Shown: in pieces, positions 45,758 to 54,493 of the stretch
Layout: the number at the start of each line of letters is the position of its first letter
Position numbering within the stretch: the first letter of the stretch is position 1
Origin: Flavobacteriales bacterium
Lineage (GTDB): Bacteria; Bacteroidota; Bacteroidia; Flavobacteriales_C; GCA-002722245
Direction: 5' to 3'
DNA: 64,000 nucleotides
Assembly (NCBI GenBank): GCA_947444925.1
Contig: CANFBW010000007.1
Location: forward strand, 8,774 to 72,773
The notes under the pieces: model-generated
Databases searched by the model: none
The model's input: only the letters and a program-made list of their open reading frames with translations
What the model was told of the DNA's origin: nothing
Program-made: the position numbers and the translations under genes

Positions 45758-46286
45758 ATGCTGTTAAATAAGGAGAAAATATTTCGCACAATACAAGCGC
45801 ATGAAGCATCCATCAAAATGTTTGGAGTGAAGAATCTTGCGGTGTTTGGTTCCTTTGTGCGCAACGAACAAAACGAAAATTCTGACATTGATTTCTTTGT
45901 TGAATTTGAAGACGGCAAAAAAAACCACGACAATTACATCGACCTAAGCCCCCCTAAGACCACCGCAATTTCGCCAGACTTGTGACAGAAGTGGCGCTAG
46001 ATCCTTCGGAGTACGTCAGGAAGACAATCATTCTCGAAAAACCTATATGGAAAATCGTTCGCATTTGTCCTCCTGAGATTTGAGATTAAGAGGAGAAACG
46101 AAGTTTCGGTCTTTGAAGGATCTATCGCCCTAAACATAAATCTACTGGTACGATTCCGGATAATTATGTTTCTTTTTAGAAGATCTTTTCAAAAGAAAAA
46201 TTGATTTGGTGACCCCTCCATCCATGAGTCCATACATCGGCCCATAAATCATTAAAGAACTGGAGTATGTCGCACTATCCGCTTGA
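45758..46286 (+). pseudogene. MNT-type (minimal nucleotidyltransferase, HepT/MNT-like) antitoxin-family gene disrupted by a repeat insertion and an in-frame stop.
   Basis: The N-terminal part VKNLAVFGSFVRNEQNENSDIDFFVEFEDGKK..YIDL has the NTase GS motif and acidic residues. It diverges at ~45945. The C-terminal part resumes in another frame at 46164 (LEDLFKRKIDLVTPPSMSPYIGP). It is followed by a TAA stop at 46245 and then IIKELEYVALSA. The intervening ~220 bp carries repeat copies B and C. Confidence 0.55.
46000..46130. repeat. Inverted (B) and direct (C) copies of the short repeat, lying inside the disrupted MNT gene.
   Basis: B is GATCCTTCGGAGTACGTCAGGA at 46000-46021. C runs 46066-46130 as TTGTCCTCCTGAG..(37 bp insert)..GAAGGATCTATCGCCC. 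Confidence 0.55.
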
Positions 46287-46314
46287 TCAGCCCTTTCAAT
46301 CCCATAACTTCCTC

Positions 46315-46827
46315 TTAGCTCACAAACAAAGCCTTCAATTCTTTTGCTTCATCGGGCTGCATTCTACCGGCCAAAATCAAACTCAATTGCTTGCGTCGCA
46401 AAGCCGCGTCAAATCGCGCTTGTTCCAACTCTGATTCAGGTATCAACGCTGGCATCGCCACCGTTTCGCCCTTTTCATTCAAGGCCACAAAAGTGTACAT
46501 CGCCTCGTTGCACTTTATTTTAATGCCCGTCAACTGACTTTCTTTGTACACCTCAATAAACACTTCACACGACTTGGTGAAAGAGCGCGACACCTTGGCT
46601 TCTAGCGTCACCACATTGCCCAACTGAATGGGTTGCTGAAAAGAAACATTGCTCACGCTGGCGGTAACCACCACTCTTTTGCAAAAGCGACCGGCACAAA
46701 CGGCACCAATAATATCCATCCAGTTGAGCAGCTGCCCACCCATCAAATTTGTCAAAGTATTGGTATCATTGGGCAACACAATGTATGTTGCAATTGCCAG
46801 CGTATCTTTTGCTTTAATTCCTGTCAT
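46315..46827 (-). CDS. Acyl-CoA thioesterase (hotdog fold, YciA/BFIT-like).
   Basis: 170 aa. LPNDTNTLTNLMGGQLLNWMDIIGAVCA..RFCKRVVVTASVSNVSFQQPIQLGNVV matches the acyl-CoA hydrolase hotdog signature. Confidence 0.75.
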   Translation of the reverse strand: MTGIKAKDTLAIATYIVLPNDTNTLTNLMGGQLLNWMDIIGAVCAGRFCKRVVVTASVSNVSFQQPIQLGNVVTLEAKVSRSFTKSCEVFIEVYKESQLTGIKIKCNEAMYTFVALNEKGETVAMPALIPESELEQARFDAALRRKQLSLILAGRMQPDEAKELKALFVS

Positions 46828-46860
46828 TGTTCTATATTTATTGCTCTAAAATAGTGTTTT

Positions 46861-47403
46861 ATGGAATACCAGTACCTCAAAGCCTTGCATATTATATTTG
46901 TTGTCACTTGGTTTGCTGGACTCTTCTACATCGTTCGCCTCTTCATTTACCACGCCGAAGCCCAAGACAAGCCCGAACCCGCAAAAAGCATTTTGCAAAC
47001 GCAGTACAAAATCATGCAAAAAAGATTGTGGTACATCATCACTTGGCCCTCTATGATCATCACTGTTTGCGTGGGCACCTACCTAATGATCGCTGGCAAC
47101 CACTATCAAATGGGCTGGATGCACGTTAAACTGCTTTTTGTTTTTTTACTGGTGCTGTACCACCTCGGCTGCCACCGCATATTTTTGCAATTGAAAAACG
47201 ATGAAATTAAATTCTCGTCGATGAAGCTGCGCATATGGAATGAAATCTCCACCCTCCTGCTTTTCGCCATTGTATTTGTAGTGGTATTGAAAAGCGTATC
47301 CGACTGGCTCTATGGCGTAGTTGGCCTAATTTTACTCGCCGCATTGCTGATGGTGGGTATTAAAATGTACAAAAAAAACCGCGCGAAAACAGAAGAAAAA
47401 TAA
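46861..47403 (+). CDS. hemJ: Protoporphyrinogen IX oxidase HemJ (CopD-like membrane protein).
   Basis: 180 aa with 4-5 TM helices. YLKALHIIFVVTWFAGLFYIVRLFIYHAE matches the HemJ/UPF0093 signature. Confidence 0.8.
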   Translation: MEYQYLKALHIIFVVTWFAGLFYIVRLFIYHAEAQDKPEPAKSILQTQYKIMQKRLWYIITWPSMIITVCVGTYLMIAGNHYQMGWMHVKLLFVFLLVLYHLGCHRIFLQLKNDEIKFSSMKLRIWNEISTLLLFAIVFVVVLKSVSDWLYGVVGLILLAALLMVGIKMYKKNRAKTEEK

Positions 47404-47467
47404 ATCGCCGCAGTGCGCCTTGAACATCAAATACAAATCTTTTTTTATCTATTCTCTATCGCATAAA

Positions 47468-47487
47468 CACACGTTTAGCTAAACGTG
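47468..47487. promoter_or_regulatory. Perfect 20 bp palindrome ACACGTTTAGCTAAACGTGT in the hemJ-SBBP intergenic region. It is a candidate operator or hairpin.
   Basis: It equals its own reverse complement. It lies 65 bp after the hemJ stop and ~260 bp upstream of the 47748 gene. The following tract is not strongly T-rich, so a terminator role is uncertain. Confidence 0.3.
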
Positions 47488-47747
47488 TATTTATACGGAT
47501 AAATAAACGAATACGCGCACCAAAACCACCCATCTGCTCATGGTGTAGTGACAACAAATAAGAGCACAAATGAATAAAATAAGCGCTAGCTTTGAACTGT
47601 ATCACATATGCCTGTATCAAATCGACGAGCTAGATATATAAATAAAACAAAATAGACATATATGGCGGCTATGAGCAATTGCTCATAGCCGCTCGTTAAG
47701 GGCAAGCTTAAGTCAAAATTGCTCAATGCTTAAACAATTAAAAGAAA

Positions 47748-49463
47748 ATGAAAAAACAAAATTTACTAATATCAGCAATTGCAATCTTCGGATTTGCAAC
47801 AATTACCAAGGCTCAAAATGTTCGAGCTTGGGGTACTTATTACACAGGTACTGGGCAAGTATGGCCGAACGGAGAAGAAAGAGGGAATTCCTGTATTACC
47901 GATGCCGCAGGCAATGTTTACATGGTTGGGTTCACAAGTTCAAATTCAGATATAGCCACAGCTGGAGCACATCAAACTGTTTATGCTGGGGGCCCTATCA
48001 GCTCTGGCACGGGAGGTTATGATGCGTTTTTAGTAAAGTTTAATTCAAGTGGCGTAAGACAATGGGCTACTTATTACGGAGGGAGCGAAAATGATAAAGG
48101 AATTTCTTGCGCTCTTGACGCTTCAGGCAATGTTTACATGATTGGCTCTACAAGTTCTACATCAGGTATAGCCACAGCAGGAGCCCATGAAGCTACAGTT
48201 AATGATGGCTTTTTAGTAAAGTTTAATTCAAGTGGAGTAAGGCAATGGGGCACTTATTTCGAAGGCAATGGTAATGCCTGCACTACAGATGCTTCCGGTA
48301 ATATATACATAGTTGGATTAACAAATTCCACTTCAGGTATAGCCACCACAGCAGGGGCGCATCAAACTGTGATGTCGGGCAGTGATGACGCTTTTTTAGT
48401 AAAGTTTAATTCAAGCGGAGTAAAGCAATGGGGTACTTATTTTGGAGGTGCTTCTTCTAGTGCTTCCGGAATGGAAAAGGGATTATCCTGTGCCACAGAT
48501 GCTTTAGGTAATGTCTATATGGTTGGGCAAACACCTTCCACTTCCGGCATAGCCACAGCAGGGGCTCATCAAACTATTTATGGCGGAAGTTCTTGTGATG
48601 CTTTTTTAGTAAAGTTTAATTCAAGTGGAGTAAGGCAATGGGGCACATATTATGGCGGCCCAGATGAAGATATAGGATATTCGTGCGCTACCGACGCATC
48701 TGGCAATGTATATTTAGCTGGTGATACACAACAAGGATCCTTTACTTCATCAGGCATGACAACAATAGGATCGCATCAAAGTGCTTATGGTGGTGGTTAT
48801 AGTGATGGATTCTTAGTAAAGTTTGATTATAACGGTCAAAGGCAATGGGCTACATATTATGGCGGCCCAAATGAAGATATAGGATATTCGTGCGCTACCG
48901 ATGCATCAGGTAATGTTTACATGTCGGGGGGCACACAATCTACTAGCGGTATAGCTACATCAGGAGCACATCAAACTACATTTGATGACGCGTTTTTAGT
49001 TTGTTTCAACTCAAGTGGAGTAAGACAAAGCGGCACCTATTACGGTGGCATCAAAAATGTCTGCACTACCGATGCTTCAGGCAATGTATACATGACGGGG
49101 TATACACAATCTAATTCGGGAATAGCCACAACAGGAGCGCATCAAACCGTTAATGGAAATAGTGGTTACAGCGATGCTTTCTTAGTAAAATTTAATGGTA
49201 TAAGTTTGGGTATTAATGAAACTATAAATGATAAATTATTTTCAATTTACCCTAACCCTGCCCAAAGTATAGTCAATGTAAAAGCTGATGCCAAACTTAT
49301 TGGCACTGTTTACACTATTTATGACAACACAGGTAAAGTAGTTTTATCAGGAACAATAAATGCTGAAAACACAAGCGTTGAGTTGGGAAATTTATCGGTA
49401 GGTATTTATTTGTTCAGTGCAGGAGAAAATGTGCAACAGACATTTAAAGTGATTAAGGAATAA
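47748..49463 (+). CDS. SBBP-type (beta-propeller) repeat protein with a T9SS type-A CTD.
   Basis: There is a signal peptide. About eight repeats follow the pattern DAFLVKFNSSGVRQWGTYYGG..D.G.S.A.DASGNVYM.G.T.STSGIAT.GAHQT. The C-terminal CTD is FSIYPNPAQSIVNVKA...GIYLFSAGENVQQTFKVIKE. The DNA-level period is ~180-210 bp. Confidence 0.7.
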   Translation: MKKQNLLISAIAIFGFATITKAQNVRAWGTYYTGTGQVWPNGEERGNSCITDAAGNVYMVGFTSSNSDIATAGAHQTVYAGGPISSGTGGYDAFLVKFNSSGVRQWATYYGGSENDKGISCALDASGNVYMIGSTSSTSGIATAGAHEATVNDGFLVKFNSSGVRQWGTYFEGNGNACTTDASGNIYIVGLTNSTSGIATTAGAHQTVMSGSDDAFLVKFNSSGVKQWGTYFGGASSSASGMEKGLSCATDALGNVYMVGQTPSTSGIATAGAHQTIYGGSSCDAFLVKFNSSGVRQWGTYYGGPDEDIGYSCATDASGNVYLAGDTQQGSFTSSGMTTIGSHQSAYGGGYSDGFLVKFDYNGQRQWATYYGGPNEDIGYSCATDASGNVYMSGGTQSTSGIATSGAHQTTFDDAFLVCFNSSGVRQSGTYYGGIKNVCTTDASGNVYMTGYTQSNSGIATTGAHQTVNGNSGYSDAFLVKFNGISLGINETINDKLFSIYPNPAQSIVNVKADAKLIGTVYTIYDNTGKVVLSGTINAENTSVELGNLSVGIYLFSAGENVQQTFKVIKE

Positions 49464-49717
49464 GCCAGCCCTTAACAGCGTGCAAGCGCCATAACCCTGC
49501 CGCAGGCGCAACACAGGGTTACGATCGCCTGCACGCAAAACGTTATGGGCAAGTTTAAAAAACGACACATGGACAGAGTATGGAAAATTTTAACTTTGTC
49601 ACTTCTTGACAATCATTAACGACTGAAGAACAAATAATAAAAAGTGGAGATCAGCAACCATATTAAAAACGGGGCGACACCGAAAAGCCAAACGAGTAGG
49701 AAATAAAAATATAAAAA

Positions 49718-50545
49718 ATGAAATATTTACTCATCATTCTATTTACCGCATTTATAACACATCATTCTAATGCACAAATTACATTAGAGCAATCTTATGC
49801 CGATGGCCAAGGATTATCAATAATTAAATTAGAAAATTCTGGTCAAAAGTATTTACAATACGATTTAACTAATCAAATTGTGAAACTGTATAATTTAGAC
49901 CATTCGATTTTCAAGACTATTTCGCTACCCACACTTCAACCTTCAACTCAATTGTTAAGTATTAGTTACATTTCTGAAAATTTATTTAACTCTGACAACT
50001 TAATTGAAATATTATGTTTTAAAAAAAATTGGTTGCCGACAACCGTAACCACTAGTGGAGAGGTTAAAGTAATTAATGAAAATGGCAATGTGATTTTTTC
50101 AGGGGACTCTATGGTAGTGGTTGAACAAAGATCAACCACATATTATGGCTATGATGACAAATGTCCTTTTATCTATAATACTACAAATGGAACCAAGATG
50201 ATTTTGTATTCTTATAAATCATCAGACAAAGAATTTAAAGTATATTCTTTACCAGGTACCCTTGTGGCGTCTATCAAGCAAATCAATGACATTAATTTAC
50301 AACAATTACCTTTCCCTAATCCGACAAATAACAATATTACCATTGCTTATCAACTTCCTCTTAACAAACAGGGCAAGTTAATAATCAATGACCTGTCAGG
50401 GAAAATAATTTTAGAATATAGCATAGACAATACCTTTGACAATGTAATTATTGAAACAAATAGCTTAGCTTCCGGTAATTATTTTTTTTCTATCTATTCT
50501 GACAATCAAAAATTATCAACCGGCAAATTTGTTGTAACAAAATAA
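49718..50545 (+). CDS. Secreted protein with a T9SS type-A CTD.
   Basis: 275 aa. The signal peptide is MKYLLIILFTAFITHHSNAQ. The C-terminus LPFPNPTNNNITIAYQL...GNYFFSIYSDNQKLSTGKFVVTK is CTD-like. Confidence 0.5.
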   Translation: MKYLLIILFTAFITHHSNAQITLEQSYADGQGLSIIKLENSGQKYLQYDLTNQIVKLYNLDHSIFKTISLPTLQPSTQLLSISYISENLFNSDNLIEILCFKKNWLPTTVTTSGEVKVINENGNVIFSGDSMVVVEQRSTTYYGYDDKCPFIYNTTNGTKMILYSYKSSDKEFKVYSLPGTLVASIKQINDINLQQLPFPNPTNNNITIAYQLPLNKQGKLIINDLSGKIILEYSIDNTFDNVIIETNSLASGNYFFSIYSDNQKLSTGKFVVTK

Positions 50546-50607
50546 AGCTATGTTAGAAATAAAGAACCTGCCCATAACATTGGGTTTAAAGAAATTGGGG
50601 GTTCAGT

Positions 50608-50721
50608 GGTTAATTGAACATTCTACCTCGCATCAACATTTGTGGTAGCTTGACAGTTTAGTGCTCCGAAATCGCCAACTTCTTAAACCCACAAACCGTT
50701 ACCAGTAATTGTATGAAGACC
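50608..50721. repeat. Intergenic repeat A, copy 1 (~113 bp).
   Basis: GGTTAATTGAACATTCTACCTCGCATCAAC.TTTGTGGT...TTGACAGTTT.GTGCTCCGAAATC... is ~85-90% identical to the copy at 50910-51022. Confidence 0.7.
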
Positions 50722-50722
50722 C

Positions 50723-50862
50723 CCGCCTCGCTTAGCGAAAACAACGCTAAGCGATCTTAGCACTCCCAAAGCCTTCGGCTTACCATTTAATTACAAGAGG
50801 CGAAGCCTCTAAAATAGCGATCCCGCTTAGCGAAAAGAAAATGCACGCTAAGCGGGGCAAAG
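50723..50862. repeat. Structured intergenic repeat R, copy 1 (~140 bp, MITE/REP-like).
   Basis: It is >90% identical to the copies at 51985-52124 and 53358-53498. It contains four copies of the near-palindromic 9-mer CGCTTAGCG/CGCTAAGCG forming two strong hairpins. It also has small GCCTTCGGC and GAGGC-GAA-GCCTC hairpins. The ends form an imperfect terminal inverted repeat. Confidence 0.8.
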
Positions 50863-50909
50863 TAAACTTTTTGTTGGCGCTTGCGATAACGTTCAATGGC
50901 GGGTGACGT

Positions 50910-51022
50910 GGTTAATTGAACATTCTACCTCGCATCAACTTTTGTGGTGTATTGACAGTTTTGTGCTCCGAAATCCGCTTCTTCGCCAAGCCCGAAACCG
51001 TTAGCGGTAATTGTAGCAGACC
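50910..51022. repeat. Intergenic repeat A, copy 2.
   Basis: See copy 1 at 50608-50721. It lies ~70 bp upstream of the 51094 gene. Confidence 0.7.
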
Positions 51023-51093
51023 TCAATGAAAGCATAAAAAGTCAAACATTCGTTCATTTAAAATGTTAATCTTGTAATAAAAAAAAGACAGTA

Positions 51094-51912
51094 ATGATCA
51101 CTCAAATTGAAAAAATCAAAAAGACAATTGAACCCTTAAGACAAGAGATCATTCATCATAAAGTTTATTCAGCCATTAAAGACATAGACGACTTAAAAGT
51201 ATTTATGCAATTTCACGTATACGCTGTTTGGGACTTCATGTCTTTATTGAAAACTCTACAAAGCAACTTGACTTGCACATCTGTTCCGTGGTTTCCTAAA
51301 GGAACTGCAGACACAAGATATCTTATTAATGAAATTGTTGCAGGTGAAGAGTCAGATATAGACCTAAATGGCATAAGGAAAAGTCATTTTGAATTGTACT
51401 TAGATGCTATGAAACAATGCGGGGCAAACACTTCTAAAATTGAAGTTTTTACAGATGTATTAAAAAATACTGGCGACTTTGATTCTGCTTATTTGGCTTC
51501 AGAAACTCCAAAGGAAGCAAAAGATTTTGTTGACTTTACTTTCAAAGTCATTGAAAGCGGTAAAGACTATTTACAATCAGCTATTTTTACTTTTGGACGT
51601 GAAGACCTCATTCCAGGTATGTTTATCTCGATAATAAATGAAATGCACAAGAACTTTCCTGACGACATTTCTTTTTTTAAATACTATATCGAAAGACACA
51701 TTGAAGTTGATGGCGACCACCATAGCCATCTTGCGATACAAATGACAGCCAATCTGTGTAAAGACAACGAACAATATTGGAAGGAAGCAGAAGAAGCAGT
51801 TATAAATTCATTAAAACAAAGAATTGAATTGTGGGATGGTGTATACAAACAGTTGACTGAAAGAACAACTACTGCTAACAGCAGCTACAAGAAATTGGCA
51901 GATCACTTGTAA
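51094..51912 (+). CDS. DUF3050-family protein (heme-oxygenase-like / TenA-PqqC-like helical fold).
   Basis: 272 aa. I.PLRQEIIHHKVYSAIKDIDDLKVFMQFHVYAVWDFMSLLKTLQ is the pattern I recall for DUF3050. There is no signal peptide. Confidence 0.5.
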   Translation: MITQIEKIKKTIEPLRQEIIHHKVYSAIKDIDDLKVFMQFHVYAVWDFMSLLKTLQSNLTCTSVPWFPKGTADTRYLINEIVAGEESDIDLNGIRKSHFELYLDAMKQCGANTSKIEVFTDVLKNTGDFDSAYLASETPKEAKDFVDFTFKVIESGKDYLQSAIFTFGREDLIPGMFISIINEMHKNFPDDISFFKYYIERHIEVDGDHHSHLAIQMTANLCKDNEQYWKEAEEAVINSLKQRIELWDGVYKQLTERTTTANSSYKKLADHL

Positions 51913-51984
51913 AATATGACTTCATGCTTCGTCAAGTGCAGTGCTAAAATCCCGCCTGAACGCTACGCTGCAAAACGCTATTCA

Positions 51985-52124
51985 CCGCCTCGCTTAGCGT
52001 TCTTTTCGCTAAGCGATCTTACTTCTCCCAAAGCCTTCGGCTTACCATTTAATTACAAGAGGCGAAGCCTCTAAAATAGCGATCCCGCTTAGCGAAAAGA
52101 AAATGCACGCAAGCGGGGCAAAGG
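51985..52124. repeat. Structured intergenic repeat R, copy 2.
   Basis: It begins 70 bp after the stop of the 51094-51912 gene. It has the same four-9-mer hairpin architecture. Confidence 0.8.
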
Positions 52125-52234
52125 TGCGACAAAAAAATTACGCTTGGATAGTTTTTGACTAACTTTACACTGACAAAAAAAGTGAAGACCAGCGTCCACT
52201 TTGAAAAACAGAAACAATTAACAAAAAAATCAAA

Positions 52235-53317
52235 ATGAAAAATCGATTACGAAAAATAATTATTTTATCATCGATAATGATGATAAGTACATGTGTTTTA
52301 TTTTTGGTTAGTTGTAATAAAGAACCGCAGCAAAATGGACCCAATGGTTCTCCTTTTCCACAGTTATCCGCAAATGAAATGTTAGGTATTTGGGAACGGG
52401 CTGATGGGCAAGCAACAACCTATCTAAAAATAGAAGGAACAGTTGCAACAACTTGTAATAACGGAACGGAAACAGTAGGAACTTTTGATTCTTCAGTACC
52501 CTCTGTAACATTTGTTGTAAATGGGACAACGCATGAATTCAAAATGAGAATGGAACAAGGACTTCTAATATTAGACGTTCCACCTACTAGTACTAATCCT
52601 AATCATGTGGAAACTGAATACCATAAATACGACACCTGGCCTTGCGGTGGCAGTAATGGTGGGTTTATGGCAACCGATATAAATGGTAATTGGGAACACA
52701 TACCGTCAGGTACTATTGTAGAAATCAGTAGTGCAAGTGGTAATGGAATATATAAAGCTGGTTCTGCTCCGTCAGGAGCAATAGGGGGCAATAGCTTAAC
52801 CCAAGTAACATATCAAAGTGGTGGTAATTGGGAGGCTTTAAACCACATATATTATTCAACAGGATGGTCAACTTCCGGCACTTTAGTCAACCTTGTTATG
52901 GCAAGTGATAAGAAAACTTTTAACATTGGAACTGCAGTTTATACAAAGCAAATTCCAATTTCATATAAAACATATAATATCGCTGTTGGGTATAATCCTA
53001 ATGACCCATACATGTCTGATATCAATGTAAATGATCTTCTAATTGGTGGAGTAAGTTGCGGATTTACTTTACTAAATTCAGGAGTTACTTCACCTGATTG
53101 TTCAAGCAGTAATTCTTTTTACGTTATTAGTGAATCTCAACTAAAATACGATGGCCGTTTTGATGTAGTTGTTAAATATACCATTGGAACTGATCCCTAT
53201 GTGTGGGAAAACGGTTCCAGAATTGATCCTGCGGAGCTTACAAGTACATGTAATACATACAAATTTATTCGAGGAAATCCTTCTTTCGGTAAAGTAGTTT
53301 ACTTAGTAAAAATGTAG
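52235..53317 (+). CDS. Lipoprotein of unknown function.
   Basis: 360 aa. The signal peptide plus lipobox is LFLVSC-NKEP. It is rich in G/N/T/S and predicted to be a beta-rich extracytoplasmic protein. I recognise no family. Confidence 0.4.
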   Translation: MKNRLRKIIILSSIMMISTCVLFLVSCNKEPQQNGPNGSPFPQLSANEMLGIWERADGQATTYLKIEGTVATTCNNGTETVGTFDSSVPSVTFVVNGTTHEFKMRMEQGLLILDVPPTSTNPNHVETEYHKYDTWPCGGSNGGFMATDINGNWEHIPSGTIVEISSASGNGIYKAGSAPSGAIGGNSLTQVTYQSGGNWEALNHIYYSTGWSTSGTLVNLVMASDKKTFNIGTAVYTKQIPISYKTYNIAVGYNPNDPYMSDINVNDLLIGGVSCGFTLLNSGVTSPDCSSSNSFYVISESQLKYDGRFDVVVKYTIGTDPYVWENGSRIDPAELTSTCNTYKFIRGNPSFGKVVYLVKM

Positions 53318-53357
53318 CTTACGAGAATAGTTTATTCGTTTAAATTGATCAAAACCA

Positions 53358-53498
53358 CCGCCTCGCTTAGCGTTCTTTTCGCTAAGCGATCTTAGCACTC
53401 CCAAAGCCTTCGGCTTACCTTTTAATTACAAGAGGCGAAGCCTCTAAAATAGCGATCCCGCTTAGCGAAAAGAAAATGCACGCTAAGCGGGGCAAAGG
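53358..53498. repeat. Structured intergenic repeat R, copy 3.
   Basis: It begins ~40 bp after the stop of the 52235-53317 gene. It abuts the 3' end of the minus-strand gene 53510-54148. Confidence 0.8.
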
Positions 53499-53509
53499 TA
53501 CCTTTTGTT

Positions 53510-54148
53510 TTACAAATGGTCAGGAACACTGGCTGCATTTGCGGGCGTAGGATCGTTTTCTTTTATTCTTTTGCGACACAAACGTTCTATCTCCACAACA
53601 TTGTCAACTCCCGAAAGTTCAATAGAATCAGCAACAAATCTATCTGGTCCGTTTTTTTTGCTCACCATTTTACCTGTTCTCAGCTCAAAAGTGATGTCGC
53701 CCTTTGCAAAGTTTGCCGCAATATTTCCCGTGAATTGCTCCCAATCGTAAGCATTTAAAGCGCCGCTTCTGTATCTTAAAAAGCGCGTGGGAGTTCCTAC
53801 AAAATAGCCTCCCTCTCGTACTGCATTTCTAATAGCAAAAATCATCAACCCAATACCTACTAAAACAAAAACTCCTATAATGACACCGGGCAATAGCATG
53901 GGCGCCAAATTTTCTGCCGAACCAACAACTTCTTCGCCATTACTTGTGAAATGTACTTCTTCACCCCGCAATAGCGGTCCAAAAAAAACAACCACAAAAA
54001 TACTGATGAATCCACACCAGAAAATAGCAAAGGCAAACATGATTATTGTCGTTCCTCTGGCTTGAAATCTTTTTGCTTTTGCGGCAAATTCAATTTTTTC
54101 TGAACCTATCACAGAAATAAGCTCTTGGGGCAAATCGGCAGAGTACAT
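53510..54148 (-). CDS. Two-TM membrane protein of unknown function.
   Basis: 212 aa. The TM helices are IIMFAFAIFWCGFISIFVVVFFG and LLPGVIIGVFVLVGIGLMIFAI, followed by a ~110 aa C-terminal soluble domain. Confidence 0.4.
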   Translation of the reverse strand: MYSADLPQELISVIGSEKIEFAAKAKRFQARGTTIIMFAFAIFWCGFISIFVVVFFGPLLRGEEVHFTSNGEEVVGSAENLAPMLLPGVIIGVFVLVGIGLMIFAIRNAVREGGYFVGTPTRFLRYRSGALNAYDWEQFTGNIAANFAKGDITFELRTGKMVSKKNGPDRFVADSIELSGVDNVVEIERLCRKRIKENDPTPANAASVPDHL

Positions 54149-54493
54149 AGTCGTTAGTTTGAAGGCGAAAATATAAAAAAATATTTAGCTGGTCTACAGC
54201 GCGAGATGGGCAGCGACAGCAAGCATTTAACCATTCGATACTGTTTCCGTTTGAATTTCTGCGCCCCGGCATAAATAAAATAAAGTCTGGCAGCCTACGA
54301 TTTTGCGTCGCAAAAACAGCGCTTAAACAAACAAGCGCATTGCGACTGCACATCGCAAAAGCAAAACATCATCCAAAAAAACATAATTTTAGCGTCTTCA
54401 ATAGCATAGCATTAATCACATGCGCAATTGTTACTTTAGAATGGCACGCAGCAACTACTTTTAAAAGAAGTAGCAGCTTAAATAAAAGAAGAA

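Noticed and set aside
50650-50690. TTGACA hexamer inside repeat A read as a sigma70 -35 box.
   Set aside because: Bacteroidota primary-sigma promoters use a TTTG and TAnnTTTG architecture rather than TTGACA/TATAAT. No suitably spaced -10 follows.
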